A stretch of DNA of 64,000 nucleotides from Eledone cirrhosa (Eukaryota). Made by a program: the position numbers and the translations under genes. This document shows positions 25,401 to 38,296 of the stretch, one piece after another (position 1 is the first letter of the stretch; each line of letters begins with the position of its first letter). The stretch covers positions 87,048,001-87,112,000 of the forward strand of contig OZ024745.1 in the NCBI GenBank assembly GCA_964016885.1, read 5' to 3'. The notes below the pieces were generated by a model. That model was not told the DNA's origin, searched no databases, and saw only the letters and a list, made by a program, of their open reading frames with translations.

Positions 25401-28281
25401 AAGACGCGTAGGTTAGAACCTGGTTACTGGAAGCTAAACATGTCATTTCCGGCACGTAAGGCTTAGAGGGACTAGGTCAACAATTTAGTTAAGAAAAAGT
25501 TGACAGGGGGAGTCGTCAACAATAGATAGTGGGGGGGGGGGGAGGCTCTCAAGAGAGATTAGAGTAATGTCGATAGAGTTTAGCAAAGAAGTAGAGTTAG
25601 AGAAAAATAGAAAGGAGGGGAGTTGGTAGATAAGTTAGACGAGGTTATTGGTAGTGGCATTGCAACTAACGTGCTAGCGGCGAGAATGGCATTAGACCAT
25701 TTCGTCAATGCGAAACAAGAAGGTTGCATTGTCAGAGCTAAAGCGCGTGCTCTGAGAAACGAGGGAACCAAAGCTGTTCGATGGGCCCGCGTGGCAGATG
25801 CGCAGCGTGGTAATAAAACCACGATTCGGTCTTTGACGGACCGCGATGGACACGAGCTGAGCGATTCAAAGCGTATATGTGAGGCTTTTCGCCAACATTT
25901 TGCTCGGTTGTTCGGGGGAAGTGGCGAGTCAGAGACGGTGGCGGACTTCAGTCCCTACCTCGATGGCTTGCCGCAACTGTCGACGGCCGACGGTGGGCGC
26001 TGCGAAAGGCCGATTACTTCAGCCGAGATTCAGGATGCCCTTGTCGGCTGCATGAGGCGCAAGTCACCCGGTTTGGATGGTCTACCCTACGAGCTTTACG
26101 TAAATATGCCAGACTTGTTTTCCAATCTCCTCGAAGTGTTCTACTGCAACTGGCCGCAGAACGGGAGTATTCCCAGTTCTGTGAGCCGGGGCGTAGTGAC
26201 GCTGATAAGGAAAGACGAGAACAAGAGGGACACATTAGACAATTTCAGGCCCATAACTCTGCTCAACACAGTTTAAGATTTTGGCCAGGGTGTTAGCGAA
26301 GAGGTTGGCGCTTGTCGTTTGGGGATTTGGTTGGGGAGGCGCAAACTTGAGCAATTCCAACCAGGTCCATACACGACAACCTCCACCTAATGCGATACAT
26401 GATAGAGAGGGTAGGGTGTCAACCTGGCTTCGGTGGGGCTCTGATCAATTTAGAGCAATCGAAAGCATTCGATAGGGTCGATTATCGGTACCTGGAGGCT
26501 GTCCTCAAGGCGGCTGGCTTCGGCCCCGTCTTCAGAAGCTGGATCGCTGCAATGCACAGCGGCACCTGCTCGGTGGTCAAAATTAATGGCCACCTCTCGG
26601 AACCGTTTCAGGTCTCCCGATCGGTCCGTCAATGGTGCCCTCTCTCCTCCAGGGCATCCCGCTCGAACCGGGACGCGGAAAGGCTGTGTCGGCTTATGCG
26701 GACGACATCACCGTGATGGTGTCGGACACCTCAGAAATCGAGGTGGTCGGCAACTTATTGGAGGAATATGAAAGTTTGACGGGAGAAAAACGTAACCCGG
26801 GAAAGTCGGTGGGCTTGCAACTCGGCACCTGGAGAGGAAGTCCATGCCGTCCAACAGCGTCGTTAGGCGCTGGACGGACGGACCGGTAAAGTTGCTCGGG
26901 GTTTGGTTCGGGCCAGACCTCCAGGTCGATAAGAATTGGGACGAGGTGACGGGCAGGGTAGCCAGTCTCACCCATAAATGGGCTGGGAGGAAGCTATCAC
27001 TGAAAGGTCGGGCGGAGGTGGAGAACGCGTACATCGCGTCCGTCATCTACTACCGTCTGACTGTCGTCCCTTGCCCCCGTTCGCGCGTCGCCATCTTGGA
27101 GCGGCTCCTCTTCAAATTCTTGTGGAGGGGTCAGGTTCCGCTGGTTAGGCGGTCCATCTGCCCAGCACCCTCTACGTGGAGGGCTGGGCATGCCGTGGCT
27201 AATGATGCGCAGACACGCGCTAAGGCTGCGGCATCTCCAGGTATTCTGCCTACACGGTGAACAGGTGTGGTCGCTGTTTGTCAGTCTCTTTGACTGAGCT
27301 GCAGTCCTGGCTCAAGAAGAGACCGAGACTGGGTGACTGGCATCTGGAATGTTGCCAGGCACTCACTGCCCTCTACCAGGCGGGCAATGCGGTCAGTGGA
27401 ACTTCCACTCTCAAGTTCTATAGAGGATTAGTGGTGGGCAAATGCGACGACGCACTCGGAGAGGCTCTGGGAGTCGATGAAGTCGAAATAACCAGTCTGT
27501 TCGAGCCAGGGAGAATGGGTAATTTCCAAAAAACCCTCGCTTGGCAGTGCTACCGGGGTCACTACCGGTTCGAGTTAAACTCTACAGGCACGGAAGTGCT
27601 GTCAGACAGACCTGCCCAAGATGCGCGCAGAGAGACGAAACCGTTCTGCACGCACTGGTCCAGTGTCCGTGCATTACTGACTTGTGGAGTTTTGTCGAAC
27701 AGCTGTTGTAGAATGGATCCGGCTATCGGCCGAGTCCATAGTGAAGATCGACCCGCCGTCTTCCTTTGGCCAGGAAGGGCACGCAATTTTCCTCTGTCTG
27801 GTGGCAGTAGCGAAAGGGGTTGTATGGTGGACGAGGTTGAAAGGACTGAAGACAGACACTTTTCTCTTCGGCCAATCCCTCATCAAATTTTACAAGTTTC
27901 ACTTGGAAAGGAAGGTGAGAGTGGAGAGAGAAGTGCTGCTCCCAGTACATTTGCTGAAAGGTAGGAGAATGTGGCGAGAATAGCCTGTGTGAATGGGCTT
28001 ACTCTGGTCATGCGCCTGTAGGTGGGTAAATTTGAGGAGAAGAGGTGTGCCCTTCCAGGGTGCTCTCGAAGCGTCGGGTCGTTCAGGATTGGTGGGGTAC
28101 CTGAGCGAACCCTGGGTGGTAACCCCGCCCCCCCCTTATTGTGGAACTTTTCTTGTTGTATTTTTATTGTTACTTTGTTATTGTTATTCATATTGTTTAA
28201 TCAATTTTTCTGTAAAACCCCACTGTCCCAGTCTTTTGTATTGACCCCTATATGTCGGCCGTTGTGGCCAATAAATAAAAT
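22414..28281 (+). mobile_element. Tx1-type non-LTR retrotransposon A, full length, degenerate
   Basis: ORF1 pieces at 22628-24687. ORF2 from 24723 has APE (SLNVR, ETR, GDWN, IDR, SDH, WKLN) and RT (SPGLDGLP, FRPITLLN, KAFDRV, AYADD) motifs with frameshifts. AATAAA 3' end; (ATT)n on both sides. Confidence 0.92.
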
Positions 28282-28297
28282 CATTATTATTATTATT

Positions 28298-31200
28298 GGT
28301 CTGTTCGGACGTCTTTTTACTCGCTCCCCGTAAGTCGCTTTATTTACCTGTTTTAATTATTTGTTGTTTAATTGTTCTTGTCGTATAAGGGATATAAGCT
28401 CTTGGTCTTTGCCCTGTGAAGGGGAAAGTATAATATTTGGGCCTTTTGGCCCAATTATTTGAACATTTTACGTTTAAAAAAAAAAAAATTATTTAAAAAA
28501 GAACATGGCTGAGTCACGCCCCCCAGAAATATGCCTGCTGTCGTGTGACAACGGTGTAAAGGTTGAGAGCAGGGTTAGTGAAATTCATACAACAGACACC
28601 ACCGCAAACAATGTGAACAAAGACAACAACACTGAAAACACTAATTTTGAAAAATTTACCACACCATCTACAACAATAACAGTGTCAACCAAAATACAGA
28701 CAACAGAAAAGAAATGACAACAATTGCAACAACGATATTAACACCACTATCAAGAAAATAAACAACAACACCAACAGCAACAATACAAATTGCACCGAAA
28801 ACAACAACAACGGTGGCACCAAAAACGCAACCAACTACAACAGTGATAACAGCAACAACACCGTTTGTAACAGTAGCAACAACAATAACAACAAGATCAG
28901 TAGCGGCAGCAATAATCGTGCCGCTGAAAAAGGGGCCACTTCTTTCGCAGGTGTGGCCCGAAATATAGAGAGAGTGCTAATCATGGAGGAGGAGATGGCA
29001 GTCGCAAGAGCCATGGTGACAAGATATGACAATAGAGTTTCCCTGAAACCTCCACCCGATTTCTTCAAAGACCAGCAGCTGCGCACGGTGACTTACCGCA
29101 CGGTAAGCAAAATGTCACATCGGGTGGAGAGAGCCACAGAGGCTCAAATCCAAAAGGCCTTGGGGGCATCTGGGCGCGCAAAACCCAATCACCAGAGGCA
29201 AAATGTACGGCACAGTAGACGTACTTTTCACGACCTCCCAAGAGGCGAAGTCTCACTCTTTGGAAACCCTAAAGAGTAAGGAGATAGACTTGGTGCCCTC
29301 CTACTGCGGGCAGAAAATTGTGAGGGTCAAAGTGACCCAGATCACGCCCGACGTGCCCATACCTTGGCTGGCCGCGTCTGTAATGGCTGGAATCGAGAAG
29401 AAGACCACCATACTGCAAATACAGAGAATGGGAAGAGACAACTGGTCAGGAATAGGCATGCAGAAGACTCTTCGATGGTGAGTAGAGTGCAACGTCCGTG
29501 GCACCCATACCAAGGCCACGGACAACTAAAGCAGTGACAGCAATGGCGGCAACACCAACAGTCGCATTAGCTACACCGGCGGTAAAATCGCTGAAGCGGG
29601 CTCCACTACTACCACCAACAGCAGTGCAGCTCATGCCCCTCCCGGACGCCGCGGGGTCCGACATGGAGTGTGAGGCGGGAGGGAAGTGGCAAACGGTCTG
29701 CCACAATAAACAAAAAAACCCTTAGCTTCACCCTCCAAAAGCGAAGGCAGACAAAGAAGGGTAAAGGCTGCAAGGACACTTGCAGCAACACAACCACCAT
29801 CACCATCACCACCACAAGCATCACCACCACCAGCATCAGCAAAAACACCAACATCGGAAACAACAAAACACACACACCCAACAACAACAACAAGAAAACA
29901 GCAACAAAATCGCCCCTCCCCCAAAAAGTACACATCCATAAACATGGCAAATAAATAACTCTTACAACATATAAAGCAGCACAGACATCACAGAAAAAAA
30001 ACTACTACACCCCACCAACACCAACAACTCTCCCGACAAACATAAACATCATTGTTGGAGACTTCAGAGGGTCGGTTACCAAGAGGATATACACAGACAT
30101 CCTCTTGGAAACACCCATGACCAGCCAAAGGGACGGTTCTACTGTCCCTTCACCACACGATCAAGGTAAGTGATCCTTTCTCACTTACCCCGTTTCTCAT
30201 CCAACATGGCCGTACTTAGAATAGGCAGTATAAATGTACGTGGCCTGGAGTCATCTTGGAGACAGGGCCACCTGCTCAACGACCTCAGGTCACTAAACAT
30301 AGATGTGGTGGCCAGCAGCGAGACCAGAATCTCCGAAGCACGAGCCTTCGCACCGATCTTCGGCGACTACGATGTATACGCATATCACAGCCGTTCAGGA
30401 TCGAGGGGGGGGGGGGGGGGGTCGTGCTTTTTCGGAGAAGCTTGGATCTCGCCATCTTCCTGGACCCAGAAGGTAAGTCGGTGGTGCTGGACGTGACCTG
30501 CAGCGAAGGCAATGGTTTCAGGCTAGTAGCCGTCTACACCCCAACAGAGGCAAGACGGCCAGATTTCTTCAGACGTCGAGAGACCTTTCTTGGAATGTCC
30601 CGCTCTTTAGTGTTAGTGGGCGACTGAAACGGTACCTTAGATGCACGCTGGGATTATGTGGGGCTAGTAGACAGGGAAGGAGGGTGTAAAAGCCTCAACA
30701 AGCTGCTCAGACGTTTTGAACTGTCTGACAGATATAGACTGGATTATCCGAATGTGCCAATATGGACATGGGCAAACCGCATCGGGTCATCCAGATCGTA
30801 TTTAGATGTGGTATTCTGTAGGGAAACATAAGGCTAGTGTAGGTTGTCCACAATTTAAAGTAGTCGACTACACGGACCACAAATTTGTGATCTGTGAAGT
30901 TGACTTAGATAGACTCCATTGGCAAGGGCCCCGATACTGGAAGCTGAACGCGTCGTTCCTGGTGCACTAAGCTCACAGAGACCGGATTAGCGAATTAGTT
31001 ATGCGTGCGATCGTCAACAAAAGGTGGTGGTTTACCCTGAAAAGGGCTATTAGAGAAGAATCGATAAGGTTTAGCAAAGGAGTAATGACAGGGGAAATAG
31101 AGTAGAGGGAGAGTTAGTTAGAAAGCTAGAAGAGGCGTTTAGGACAGGCATCGCAACCGACGTGCTTGCCGCGAGATTGGCACTCGACCAATTCTTCAAC

Positions 31201-33776
31201 GCAAAGCATGAAGGCTGCGTTGTCAGAGCTAGAGCGCGTGCTCTAAGACACGAGGGGACGAAAGCCATTCAATGGGCCCTGGTGGTGGAGGCGCGACGTG
31301 GCAACAAATCCACAATTCGGTCTTTGCCTGATAAAAACGGGCGCATGTTGCTCGAACTCGAGCAGATGTGTGCGGCTTTTCAACAGCACTTTGCTCAATT
31401 GTTCGAGAGCGGCGGCGGGCCGGATCGGAGTATGGACTTCGGTGCATACGCGACGGAGTGCCGCGGCTCTCGACGACCGCAGCGCAGTGTTGCGAAAGCC
31501 GATAACAGCAGGTGAAATACGGGGCGCGATGTCTGACTGCACTAGGGGTAAATCGCCAGGTTTGGATGGTCTGTCCTACAAGTTTTATGCATATATGCCA
31601 GACTTGTTCGGCGATCTCTTGGCAGATGTCTACTGCAACTGGCAGCAGAACTGGAGCATTCCCAGTTTTGTGAGCCGGAGAACGGTGGCGCTGCTGAGAA
31701 AAGACCCGAGCAAGGGGGACGTTATAGACAACTTCAGGCCCATAACTCTGCTAAAAGCAGAGTTTAAGATTTTGGCCAAGGTGTTAGCAAAAAGATTCAC
31801 GCTTGTCGTCGGTGACCTGGTGGGAGAGGCGCAGATATGCGCCATTCCAAACAGATCCATACACGACAACCTCCATCTCATGCGATACATCATAGAGAGG
31901 GCGGTTAAGGAACCTGGCACGGGTGGGGCCCTGATCAACTTGGATCAATCTAAAGCATTTGATACGGTCGACCATCGGTACCTGGCGGCGGTCCTCCAGG
32001 CGGCCGGCTTCGGGCCCGTTTTTAGGGGATGGATCACTGCGATACACAGCGACATCTGCTCGATTTTGAAGGTGAATGGTCACCTGTCGCAACGTTTAGG
32101 CATCCTGCGATCGGTCCGCCAGGGTTGCCCCCTCTCGTCCCTCCTTTACATATTGGCCCTCGAGCCGTTACTGCACAAATTGGAGACGATGAGTGGGGTC
32201 CCACGTGAACTGGGATGCGGGAGATCCGTGTCAACTTACGCTGACGACGTCACCTTGGTGGTGTCGAGCACCAAACACGTCCAGATTCTCGGGACCGCTC
32301 TCAAGGAATACGAAACTGTGACAGGAGCAAAGATAAACCAGGAAAAGTCGGTGGGCTTTTAACTCGGCACCTGGAGAGGTAAGTCCATGCCGTCCGACAG
32401 CGTCGTGGGACGCTGGACGGAAGGATCGGTTAAATTGCTCGGGGTCAGGTTCGGTCCGGACCTCCAGATGGGGAAAAACTGGAGCGAGGTGACGAGCAGG
32501 GTGGTCTCTCTCACCCAGGAATGGGCCGAGAGGAGGCTTGCTCTGAAAGGTCGGGCGGAGGTGGCGAATGCGTACATAGCGTCCGTCATCTGCTACCGCC
32601 TGACCGTCATACCTTGCCACCGCCCAACTCTTACCAAAATGGAGCGCCTTCTCTTCCGCTTTTTGTGGAAGGGACGTGCTCCCATGGTCAGACGATCCAT
32701 TTGCTGTCAACACCCGTTGCATGGAGGACTAGGCATGCTGTGACTAATGATGCGCAAACATGCGCTGAGGCTGCGACATCTCTGGTGCTTCCTTGATGGT
32801 GAACAGGTGTGGTCAACGTTTGCCAGACGCGCTTTTCCCCAGCTCGTCTCCTTGACGGAGCTGCTGTCCTGGATCAGGAAAAGATCGAGGGATAGCGCTT
32901 GGAAGCTGGAATGTCTCCAAGCGCTCACGGTCCTCTACCAGCTGGGCACTAGTACCGGTGGAACATCCACCTCGGCGTTCTATAGAGGGCTAGTGGAGGG
33001 AAAGAGCGACGACGTTCTCGGGGAGATCCTGGGAGTCAAAGACGATCAGCTGTTCACTCTCTTCAAGAGAACTTTCAGACCGGGGCCTGTGATACCAGGT
33101 AGGGTTACCGGTTCGGGATAAACTCTACAGGCACGGAAGTGCTGTCAGCCGAGCCTGTCCGAGATGCGCGCAGAGGACGAAACTATCTTGCACGCACTCG
33201 TTCAGTGACCGTGGATTGCTGACTTGTGGAGCTATGTCGAACTGCTGCTGTCGTGTGTAGGAGGGATGCGGTTATTGACTGAGTCCATTGGGCCGATAGC
33301 CCCACCATCCTCCTTTAAAGAGGAGGAAGGGCAGGCAGTTTTCATCTGCCTGGTGGCCATGGTGAAAGAGATTGTGTGGTGGACAAGGTTGAAATGGTTG
33401 AAGACGGACACTTTCCTCCTCGGCCAATCCCTGATTAACTTTTTAAAGTTTCACTTGAAGAGGAAAATCAGGGTGGAGAGGCAAGCGCTGTCTTCTAGTA
33501 AGTTTGTTGAAAGGTGGGTGAAAGTGGCAAGTCTGGTCTGAGTGAACGGACCCGCTCTGAGTATGCGCCTGTAGACTGAGTAGTGAGAAAACAGAGAGGG
33601 CGAGTGACCCTCGGAGGTTTCCCCCATTTGGGGGAATTTTTGTTGTTTTAATCTTTTTGATTTCTAGCCTAATTGTGTTATAATCTTTTTACACGACCAA
33701 AATCCACTTTGTATCGTCCTTTACTGTTCTGTGCCGTCTCTAATGTTTTTCTTCCTGTTGGCCCTTAAAGAAACCA
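28298..33776 (+). mobile_element. Tx1-type non-LTR retrotransposon B, diverged relative, degenerate
   Basis: Similar 5' UTR. ORF2 from ~30206 (MAVLRIGSINVRGL); RT at 31298-32362 (VRQGCPLS, YADD); C-terminus to 33541; flanked by (ATT)n. Confidence 0.92.
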
Positions 33777-33829
33777 TTATTATTATTATTATTTTGATTA
33801 TTATTATTATTATTATTGTTATTGTTATT

Positions 33830-35081
33830 CCTTGAATCTCAGTCATTGATGTTGGTTAACTGGAAAGTCCGTTGGATTGAATATCAAGCCACTACCTGCA
33901 GCCTCAGATATTCAGGACGTATCGGAGGGTTCTTGCCGTTCCAAGCAAGCATGCCTTTTGAAGCGTTCCAAAAAGCGTGAAGGGGCCGATTTTCTTTAAC
34001 CATCCCTGGAAACCTTTGGAGATAGTCCCCAGTGCGCCTATGACAATCGGGATCACTTTGACTTCATGGCAGTTCCAAATCCTTTTCACCTCCCACTTTA
34101 GGTCCTGGTATCGGTTAATTTTCTCCCTCTCCTTCTCTTGCACTCTCGTGTCGAACGGGCAGGCCACATCCACAATCAGGCACGATCTTTTTTCTTTGTC
34201 CACAACCACCAGGTCAGGTCTATTGTGTTCCAGTTTTTTGTCCGTCTGTATCCTAAAATCCCACAGCACCTTCACCTGACTGTTCTCCATCACCGCCTCT
34301 GGCCTATGCTCATACCATTTCTCAGAATGTGGTAGATTGTTTACTTTGCACAGGTGCCAGTGGATCACCCTGCCCATCACATCGTGTCTCCAGCCCTTAT
34401 ATTGGGTCTGGGCTACGTGTTTACACTCGGACACAATGTGAGCCACAGTCTCCTCTCTCTCTCCACAGATCCTGCACAGTGGGCTAGCCTCCTCCTTGTA
34501 GATATGGTGCTTCAACCACTTCGTTTTGAGGGCCTGCTCCTGCGCAGCCATTAGCATTCCTTCTGTAGCCTTTTTGAGGTCTCCTCTTCTCAACCAGTTC
34601 CATGTCTGTGGATCTCTAAATTCAGTTTTCTCAAAGAAGGTACTATGAAGGGATTTTCCCTTAAGGCTGCTCTTCCTCCTTGATGTTATTTCCTCCTTGG
34701 GTATCCCCTGGCCTACTGTCCCCTCCTTCAGTACAGCTCTGAGCATTGGCTCCTTACTATAGGTCACGTATTTGTATAGGTTGTTTTTCTCCATCTGAAC
34801 ACAGTCCTCTATGCTGATAAGACCTCTTCCACCCTCAGATCTCCTTAGGTAGAGTCTATCGACATCACTCCTCTTGTGGAACATGTTGTAGATAGTCAAT
34901 AGCTTCCTAGTCTTCCTATCCATTTCTTTTTGTTCAGCAACATTCCATCTCAGAATTCCCGCACTGTACCTAATAATAGACACAGCTCGGGAATTTACTG
35001 CGCTTATGGCATTTCTGCTGTTCAGATGTGACTTCAATACGCTCCTTACTCTCCGAATGTATTCAGTTCTTAACAATTCCT

Positions 35082-35085
<4 letters not shown>
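33830..35085 (-). mobile_element. R4/Dong-clade LINE, 5'-truncated, uninterrupted ORF
   Basis: RT thumb region (EGGRGL), CCHC (CRICGEREETVAHIVSEC), RHD and RLE motifs (WDF…NRPDLVV…IVDVACP…EK…Y); (TAA)n on both sides. Confidence 0.92.
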
Positions 35086-35143
<58 letters not shown>

Positions 35144-36379
35144 GGCTTCGTCTTACCAAAAAGGAGCTGAGCATACTTCAAGAGTTAAGTGATGTTCCAC
35201 AGCCCGAGTTCCGCTGTCCGTTCCGGACTCCTCGGTGTAGTCCTAACTCCAAATTTAGAGAAGCCGATGGTTCTTGCAATAATCTTCAGAATCCTTTATG
35301 GGGCAAAGCCGGCATGCCGCTGAAGCGGTTCCTTTCACCGTGGTATGATGACGGTAAATATTTTTTATTCTATAAAACATATCTAGACTTATGAAGAGAG
35401 TTAACAAACTTTAGAGCTGGTCGTTATTTTAGTGGGAACGGTCGGGCGAAGGGTAGAATCGTCCTCAGTGGAAATTGATCTCGGAACGTAGAAGAGACGT
35501 CTAAAATATCTATAGTAGCTATTGATTTAGAATGTATGTCCTTGTTTAAAGCATAATTTTAAACTCAACTATATATAGGGAAGGGGGGAAGGCTTCAAGA
35601 ACACTCTTTGTCCGTTCCCTTGTCGTTTCAATTTGGATTGCCTCGGGAACGTAACCTTATTATGTAAGAAGCTGTCTTACATAAGCTGTCCTGAGGTCAT
35701 GGAACTGGGTACACGGAATCGTGTGGCAAATGTCATTGAAATATATATCACAGCCTTATCAAACTACTTCGCATTTTTATATTCTAAATATACTCCGTCA
35801 TTCCTATGTGGAAAAAGTACTTTGAGTGCTTGATTTGAATTACATCAACATTTACCGTAAGTATATATATATATGACCCCCCCCCCCCTTCTATTTGATT
35901 CACCTACTTTATATCTTAACAATTTTACATATTTTACTTCCCCCTTTTCTTTCACTACCTGATATAACATGTCACTTGTGTTTTTAACTCCATATATTTT
36001 CCGTTGTCCCTCAGCCGCGTTCATGTATGTTTATTTGCGTATATTCTGTACCCATTTATTCATACGGCTGGTTTTTTAAAATATATGTATGTATGTGTAT
36101 GTGTGCACATATGTGTATACGTGTTCGTATATGTATACGAACGCATTCGTATGTGTGCGTGTATGTGTAAATATGTGTGTATGTGTGCGTTTACGTATAC
36201 GTGTTTTTTATATGTATGTATATATATACTTATATATATATATATATATATGGTCGCGTGCGTGCGTGTGATTAGATGTGCATGTATGTGTATATATATG
36301 TGTATCGTGTGTATGTATGCGTGTTTATGTATGTATGTGTACGTGTATGTGTATGTGTTTTTTTTTGTCTGTACGTACG

Positions 36380-36410
<31 letters not shown>

Positions 36411-37030
36411 GTGTGTATGAGCTTGTTCGCATATATGCATGTTTTCTACTTTTTATTTATTTTTTTTCTAGTGTTACTTTATATATTATAACGTCTCCCC
36501 CTTACTTTCTCTTTGCCTTAATTCTTATATATATTATTTCATTAACTTATATTTTTATATTTGTATCGAGCATTCAGTCTGACACTGCTTTGACTTTATA
36601 CACCCCCTTCCCTGTATATATCACATACATATATGTGGTTGCGCGTGTGTGTATGTTTACACCCGTGCGTCCTTTCATCCTTGTATGTGTATATATTTCA
36701 ACCCTCAGTCCCTGAGTCTGTATGTACGCTAACTCCATTATCTTACAATTCCTTTTTCAACATATATATATATATGTATTTGTGGTCACACATACACTAT
36801 GTTTGCCACCATGTATGTACTTACGCACACACTTTTTCACTATACACTTGCATTTGTACATACACACACATGTATATTTGTAAGTGCATATACACACATC
36901 TATACGCACCCCCTTACTATATTTCTTTATTTTAATTTTTTATACATCTCTTGTATTATTACTTTTATTTTTTTTTTGTTCGTTAAACTTTTGCCTTCCT
37001 TGAGGACATTTTTCAAATATATCAGTTTTA

Positions 37031-37108
37031 AATTGCCTTGTCTGATGAACGAATGCGGACGTGTCTTGTATTCATCTTATTAGGGAAACCTCTGGTAATG
37101 AGGTAATT
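37031..37108 (+). ncRNA. Type I hammerhead at the end of a microsatellite-rich pLTR-like region
   Basis: 11-bp stem I AATTGCCTTGT/ATGAGGTAATT, CTGATGA core, GAAA-CCTCTGG-TA; base of stem II imperfect. Confidence 0.65.
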
Positions 37109-37149
37109 ATATTGTATTGTTTATTATACATTAAATATTTAGCTCTGTA

Positions 37150-37375
37150 ACTTACATACACCACTCTTCATTCCGTGGGGAACCGTTATGATATGATAAA
37201 GCTCCATGATGCAAAGCTAACACTTTCTCTTGAAATTGTACGGTGCTGCTCTGCCGACAATTTCCCAGTGCGTGGAGAAGCGGATGTTTGAGTCTTTTAA
37301 TGCTGTGATGTAGTTCGCGAGTGAAGTGGAGTGTCTTAGTTTCTTGTTTGCGAAAGAGTGGAGATGTGTTCACAA
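37150..37375 (-). pseudogene. Penelope GIY-YIG C-terminal fragment
   Basis: Translates to [32 protein letters not shown]…C*LCIMELYHII. Confidence 0.7.
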
Positions 37376-37400
37376 TCTATTTTATATATATATACATGTA

Positions 37401-37473
<73 letters not shown>

Positions 37474-37687
37474 ATATATATATATGTATGTATATGTGTA
37501 TATTTGTGTATGTATATATATGTGTATATGTGTATGTATATGTATGTATATATATGTATACACATATATATATATGTGTATATATATATGTGTGTATACA
37601 TATATGTATGTGTATGTATTTGTATGTATGTTTGTGTGTATGTGTGTATATGTATATATATATATATATATGTGTGTGTGTATGTAA

Positions 37688-37726
<39 letters not shown>

Positions 37727-37776
37727 TATATTTATATATATATATGTATATATGTATATATATTTATATATATATG

Positions 37777-37808
<32 letters not shown>

Positions 37809-37820
37809 TATATATATATG

Positions 37821-37900
<80 letters not shown>

Positions 37901-37904
<4 letters not shown>

Positions 37905-38142
37905 TAAATCTACCAAAAGTTTACGGTAGTGTCCAATCCGTATGAAGAACTCAATGTAATCCGGATATCATGAAAAGAGAAGATGCATTCAAAAACTACT
38001 TTCGGTGAAAAATAAACGGAAAACAGAGTCAAGAAAACCGAAAGTAGTTTTTGAATGCATCTTCTCTTTTCATGATATCCGGATTACATTGAGTTCTTCA
38101 TACGGATTGGACACTACCGTAAACTTTTGGTAGATTTATCTA
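37901..38142. repeat. Near-perfect fold-back (~105-bp arms) just upstream of Penelope ORF
   Basis: TAGATAAATCTACC…TTTCGGT / ACCGAAA…GGTAGATTTATCTA with a ~30-nt spacer. Confidence 0.9.
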
Positions 38143-38296
38143 CATACTTTGCTCCTATTTTCACGGGGATATTCTTATTTTTGTATTGTATGTGTATGTA
38201 AATTTATATATATATATATATACATATATGTGTATGGCTTTATAACTCCATATACAAATAGTTGAGCTCTTTTTCTTGTCCATTATCCATATCACA

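Noticed and set aside
35086-35181. N-terminal MKYAQ…IIII of the 425-aa ORF
   Set aside because: Read-through of the flanking (TAA)n target; the LINE is 5'-truncated at ~35085.
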